In this document: piece after piece, positions 60,077 through 64,000 of the stretch
Layout: every line of letters begins with the position of its first letter
Position numbering within the stretch: position 1 is the first letter of the stretch
Assembly: GCA_965220085.1 (NCBI GenBank)
Contig: CBDCOZ010000003.1
Coordinates: 928,001-992,000 of the forward strand
Source of the DNA: Candidatus Oxydemutatoraceae bacterium
GTDB lineage: Bacteria; Pseudomonadota; Gammaproteobacteria; Poriferisulfidales; Oxydemutatoraceae
DNA length: 64,000 nucleotides
Direction: 5' to 3'
Notes under the pieces: model-generated
The model's database searches: none
The model's input: only the letters and a program-made list of their open reading frames with translations
Told to the model about the DNA's origin: nothing
Program-made: the position numbers and the translations under genes

Positions 60077-60270
60077 GTTTAATGAGGCACGGTGATAAGA
60101 GCACAGTAATAAGAGCACAGTGATAAGAGCACAAACAACTCAGTTGTTTGTGTGTCCTTGATTAGTTGTTTGTGTGTCCTTGATTAGTTGTTTGTGTGTC
60201 CTTGATTAGTTGTTTGTGGATTGTTTAATGAGGCACGGTGATAAGAGCACAGTGATAAGAGCACAAACAA
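60077..60270. repeat. Short tandem repeat cluster (14-bp GTGATAAGAGCACA units; 22-bp AGTTGTTTGTGTGTCCTTGATT x3)
   Basis: Directly visible; reverse-complement related to 55011-55070 and 56971-57095. Confidence 0.9.
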
Positions 60271-60304
60271 CTTAAGAAACCACAAACAGTTTGCGGAGTT
60301 TGAA

Positions 60305-60604
60305 GCGGGTTTGTTGCCGACCCACATTCGGGTATTCAATAATCATCGGATAAAATATCTGCCATGGTTTAATACCCAACGACCACACTGCGGATTGAGG
60401 CTCCAAACACCTATGAGACAAATTACAAAATATCTGCCCAAAGTTTCCAATATGTCATGGCATCATACATTTAATAATCATCGGATAAAATATCCGCCAT
60501 GGTTTAATACCCAACGACCACACTATGGGTTGAGGCTTCAAACACCTATGAGACAAATTACAAAATATCCGCCTCAGGCATCCGATATGTTATGGCATCA
60601 TACG
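60305..60604 (+). mobile_element. Decayed IS481/IS3-type transposase 3' end, tandemly duplicated (135-bp unit)
   Basis: WFNTQRPHxGLRLQTPM twice (60335-60469, 60470-60604), resembling the YNxxRPHxxL..TP integrase-core C-terminus. Confidence 0.65.
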
Positions 60605-60704
60605 CGGGGTGGCGTTGCGGGCGCGGGTGAGGCATAATGGCATCGGCGCGGGATGGGTCTGCGCTGATTTCTTCTGGCGAAACATTGACAATACGGGGCA
60701 TGCT

Positions 60705-62933
60705 ATGAAAAAGTTTTTTGATGATTTGTTTGGGGTCGCGCGGGTTGCGGGGCGGGTTGCCGCTCTCGCTCTGGCGCTGGCATCATCGCCGGCCATGGGG
60801 CAGAAGGTTACGCTGGTGCCATCGGATGCGAGCCCCATGGAGAATGCCGGCGCCATCACATTGACGGCGACCGCGGACTCTGCGCCATCCGCCGACATCA
60901 CCATCACCGTGACATCATCGGCATCCTACCTGAGAGTGCCCGCGGCCAACACCCTGACCATAGCATCGGGTGCCACCGCATCCACCGGCAGCGGGCTGTC
61001 GCTGACCCTGGTGGATGACATAGTGGCCGGACAGGACAGGACGGCCGTGCTGTCGGCCACCATAGCCAGCACCGACACCGGCGCGGCCGCCCCCGATGAT
61101 GTCACCATCACCATAGTGGAGGACGACGAGTTGCGGATGAATCTGCAGACCAGCAGCCTGTGGCGCGAGGGCAGCGAAGAGCAGGCCTGCGTCACATTCT
61201 CCACGCCTTTTGCCGGCTCCATAACGATGGGCTTCACTGCGACGGCGACCGCGCTGGGCGAGATATTTGACCCCACCGCCAGCACCCGCGCCGAAATCAC
61301 CGAGAACAACTATGAGGACGGCGACTTGGCGCTTCCAAACCCGCCCTCCGTCACCGCCGTCGCCGGTAACACCCAGGTGTGCTTCGAAATCGGCGTCAGG
61401 GACAATGACGAGTCGGACGGCCCGCGATTCTTCACCCTGTCGTTTGGCGATATCAGAACCGAGACCATTAAGTTCCCCATAGTCGGCGACAACACCGCCA
61501 TCCAGCAGATTGCGGATGATGATAATACGCCCGCCACCGGCGCGCCGGCCGTCACAGCGGCGGACAATGCCGACCTGACAATGGCGGGGCCCAATGAGGA
61601 CAGCCTGCTGACCGCCGCTCGCGGCGCCATAGACGATGACGATGGCCTCATCACATTCGCCCCGACCTGGGTCTGGCAACAGGGCGATGCCGCCGATGGC
61701 GTCTTCACCGACATAATATCGGCCACCGCCGCCACCTTCGCGCCCCTGCAGGCCCATGTCGGCAAGTTTCTGCGCGCCTGTGCCACCTTTGACGATTACG
61801 CCGGCAAAAGCGAGACCCGTTGCTGGACCTCGGTCGCCGCCGTCGTCAATGTCGATGATGCTCCGGTTGCGATGGGCAACACCATCCATGTGCCGGTGGG
61901 CGGCAGCTATACGTTCTCGGCGGATGACTTCCTCTTTGCCGATGAGGACGACGATGCGCTGGTCAGCGTTGTCATAGAGGGCGCACCCACCGCCGGCACC
62001 CTGAGCGTGGCGGGCATCTCGTTGACCGCCAACAGTGCGGCCGTGACTGTGTCCGCCGCCGGCATCAACAACAACAGCATCGTATACCAACCGGCGAGCG
62101 GCCAGTCCGCTACCGCTGGCTACGCCACATTCACATTTAATGTGACTGCCAACGCCAAGACCAGCGACAACGATGCCGCCATGACCATAGACCTGGTGCC
62201 ATCTGCCAACACGACGGCCACCGGCGCGCCGACGGTGACGGCTACAACGGGCACCGCCGCCTATGACGAGAATGTGGAACTGACCGCATCCGCCACCGGC
62301 GTAACCGATGCCAACGGCATCCCCGCCCACACCCGCATCTGGCAATGGCAATCCGCCGCCGCCGCCAGCAGCACCCCGACCGCCAGCGCCTACGCCGACA
62401 TCCCCGGGGCCGCCGCCGCCAACTTCACGCCCCGGCGGGTCCATGTCGGCCAATACATCCGCGTCTGCCTCCGCTTCACCGATGGCATAGGCACCACAGA
62501 GGGCGGCGACGCCGCTTCCCCCACGCTGTGCTCCGTCGGCGCCATCATCGCCAGAGCCAATTCGGTGAGTGTGCCGACTACCGCCGACGAATCAAAGCCC
62601 TATGTTTTCAAGCTATCCGACTTCATGTTCCCGGAGGACACCGGCAATCCGCAAAGCATAACCATACGCACCGCCATAGCATCCTACAAGGGCACATTGC
62701 ACAACGGCAGCGACCCGGTGACCGCCGGCGCCACAGTGACCGCCGCCGAGTTGCGCAACGGCGACCTTGCTTTCTATCCCGCGGGCAGATTCGCCGCCGC
62801 CTTCAACTTCGCCAGTTTCGCCTACACCGTGAACTATGGCGGCACAGACACCGAAACCCGCACCATGAACATACATCTGGTAGAGCGCCTGCGCTTGCGC
62901 TTGCGCGTATTCCTCGAAGGCCCCCTGCGGTAG
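60705..62933 (+). CDS. Large exported Ig/cadherin/Calx-beta-like repeat protein (putative adhesin)
   Basis: Signal peptide ending AMG-Q; T/A/D-rich beta sequence; ITIVEDDE and IGVRDNDE Calx-beta-like motifs; two NTxATGAPxVTA...WxWQ repeats; ends LRLRLRVFLEGPLR. Confidence 0.85.
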   Translation: MKKFFDDLFGVARVAGRVAALALALASSPAMGQKVTLVPSDASPMENAGAITLTATADSAPSADITITVTSSASYLRVPAANTLTIASGATASTGSGLSLTLVDDIVAGQDRTAVLSATIASTDTGAAAPDDVTITIVEDDELRMNLQTSSLWREGSEEQACVTFSTPFAGSITMGFTATATALGEIFDPTASTRAEITENNYEDGDLALPNPPSVTAVAGNTQVCFEIGVRDNDESDGPRFFTLSFGDIRTETIKFPIVGDNTAIQQIADDDNTPATGAPAVTAADNADLTMAGPNEDSLLTAARGAIDDDDGLITFAPTWVWQQGDAADGVFTDIISATAATFAPLQAHVGKFLRACATFDDYAGKSETRCWTSVAAVVNVDDAPVAMGNTIHVPVGGSYTFSADDFLFADEDDDALVSVVIEGAPTAGTLSVAGISLTANSAAVTVSAAGINNNSIVYQPASGQSATAGYATFTFNVTANAKTSDNDAAMTIDLVPSANTTATGAPTVTATTGTAAYDENVELTASATGVTDANGIPAHTRIWQWQSAAAASSTPTASAYADIPGAAAANFTPRRVHVGQYIRVCLRFTDGIGTTEGGDAASPTLCSVGAIIARANSVSVPTTADESKPYVFKLSDFMFPEDTGNPQSITIRTAIASYKGTLHNGSDPVTAGATVTAAELRNGDLAFYPAGRFAAAFNFASFAYTVNYGGTDTETRTMNIHLVERLRLRLRVFLEGPLR

Positions 62934-63039
62934 TGCGAGTGACCTGCGGCAGAGAAGGGGAGTATTGTGGGATGCGCAAGGAGTGAGACAAGACACAAAT
63001 GAATGCATTCAATGAACGCTTTAATCGTCTCTTCGGGAA

Positions 63040-63217
63040 AGGCTGCGGAATTTGAAGAGAGTTTGTTGCGGACCGACATTCGGACATTCAATGATTGTCG
63101 GATAAAGTATCTGTCATGGTTTCACACCGTCGCTAAGGGAGCACACTACGGCCTGAGGCTTCAAGCGCCCATGACACCAATCACACAATATCCGCTCCAT
63201 GTGTCGGCATCATACGC
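63040..63217 (+). mobile_element. Third, more decayed copy of the same IS 3'-end remnant
   Basis: RIKYLSWF..HYGLRLQAPM..IT.YP and terminal GGCATCATACG match 60305-60604. Confidence 0.65.
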
Positions 63218-63302
63218 TGACTTGCGATAGCCACTGACTTGCGGTCGCCGATGAACCGTGCCTGCGCGGTATCCGACAATGGTGGTAGTATGGGACGGGC
63301 AG

Positions 63303-64000
63303 ATGGTTAAAAACAAGAAAGTTCTAATCGCCGGCATGGGCAAGCTGGGCAGCGCGCTTGGCGTACGGCTTGCCAAGGCCGGCGCAGAGGCGGCGGGCAT
63401 TCGCCGCCGCGCCGATTTGATTCCGTCAGAGGTGATGGCAATCCGGGCGGATTTGTCCGACCGCAAAGGTTTGGAAAAGGTCAAGGCGTTGTCCGCTCGG
63501 TGGGATGCGGTGGTCTATGCCGTGGCCGCCGGCGCATTTAACGAGGCCGATTACCGGCAGGCGTATTTGGATAACCTCAACAATCTGTTGGCGCGGGCAG
63601 AGGTCGCTGCCGGCGGCAGGATTATCTTTGTGTCCAGCTCCGCTGTGTACGGGCAGGATGACGGCGCGTGGGTGGATGAGGATTCGCGAACGGCTCCGTC
63701 TCACTTTAACGGCAAGATTATGTTGGAGGCCGAGCGCGCTGCGTTGCAAACCGGCATTGCGACCGTCGTGCGCTTTAGCGGCATATACGGCGCCCGGCGC
63801 ACACGCTTGCTTGAGCAGGTCGCCGCCGGGACGGTTGCCCCGTTGCAACCGGTTATCTACAGCAACCGGATTCACGAGGAGGATTGCGTCGGCGTGTTGG
63901 AGTTTTTGCTGACCGATGCGCTGGCAGGCCGAGCGCCGGATGACATATACATCGCATCCGACTGTGAGCCGGCGCCGCTGGCCCAAGTGCAACGCTGGAT
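63303..64000 (+). CDS. NAD-dependent epimerase/dehydratase (atypical SDR, YeeZ-like); runs off the window end
   Basis: My translation: MVKNKKVLIAGMGKLG..., FVSSSAVYGQDDGAWVDE, RFSGIYGAR, NRIHEED; not listed in the ORF track because it has no stop in the window. Confidence 0.88.
   Translation, partial: MVKNKKVLIAGMGKLGSALGVRLAKAGAEAAGIRRRADLIPSEVMAIRADLSDRKGLEKVKALSARWDAVVYAVAAGAFNEADYRQAYLDNLNNLLARAEVAAGGRIIFVSSSAVYGQDDGAWVDEDSRTAPSHFNGKIMLEAERAALQTGIATVVRFSGIYGARRTRLLEQVAAGTVAPLQPVIYSNRIHEEDCVGVLEFLLTDALAGRAPDDIYIASDCEPAPLAQVQRW

Noticed and set aside
60077-60270. Possible CRISPR array
   Set aside because: Repeats are head-to-tail with no unique spacers, and no cas genes are present in the window.
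56452-62942. Amber read-through, since all four tagged genes end in TAG
   Set aside because: Three of the four have a second in-frame stop (TAA, TAA, TGA) three codons later.
63218-63302. Possible structured RNA in the intergenic gap
   Set aside because: No recognisable tRNA, SRP, 6S or riboswitch consensus by eye; no RNA genes could be supported anywhere in the window.

Overview
Proteobacterial (most likely gammaproteobacterial) chromosome window with four parts. (1) 1-6 kb: a TPR gene converging on an uncharacterised four-gene membrane operon (MotA/TolQ/ExbB-like channel, two single-pass partners, tandem FGE/SUMF1-domain protein). (2) 6-34.7 kb: housekeeping genes in shuffled order (msrA, kdsD, serS, mutL-miaA-hfq, gloB, glnS, birA-coaX-nagZ, mscS, lpxB, rnhB-dnaE, phoU, argF/argD, sat-cysC fusion, dadA-like, SCO plus MauG-like di-haem protein). 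(3) 34.7-50 kb: a defence hotspot between the MauG-like gene and fhcC, punctuated by duplicated fragments of both flanking genes. It holds a PLD-SNF2 helicase and a type IIG-like methyltransferase whose C-terminal specificity region sits in a ~1.5 kb segment bounded by 147-bp inverted repeats. That segment also carries an alternative inverted C-terminus and lies next to a tyrosine recombinase, making it a candidate specificity-switching invertible R-M locus. Two AlbA_2 proteins, a type III Res remnant and an AAA ATPase/DUF4276-like pair are also present. (4) 50-64 kb: the fhcBADC operon (H4MPT/methanofuran C1 pathway), then four predicted exported proteins of two unrelated architectures that all end in LRLRLR(V/L)FLEGPLR-stop. 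Two of these carry C20 tracts, one in frame and one out of frame. All annotations come from motif recognition by eye; no database searches were run.
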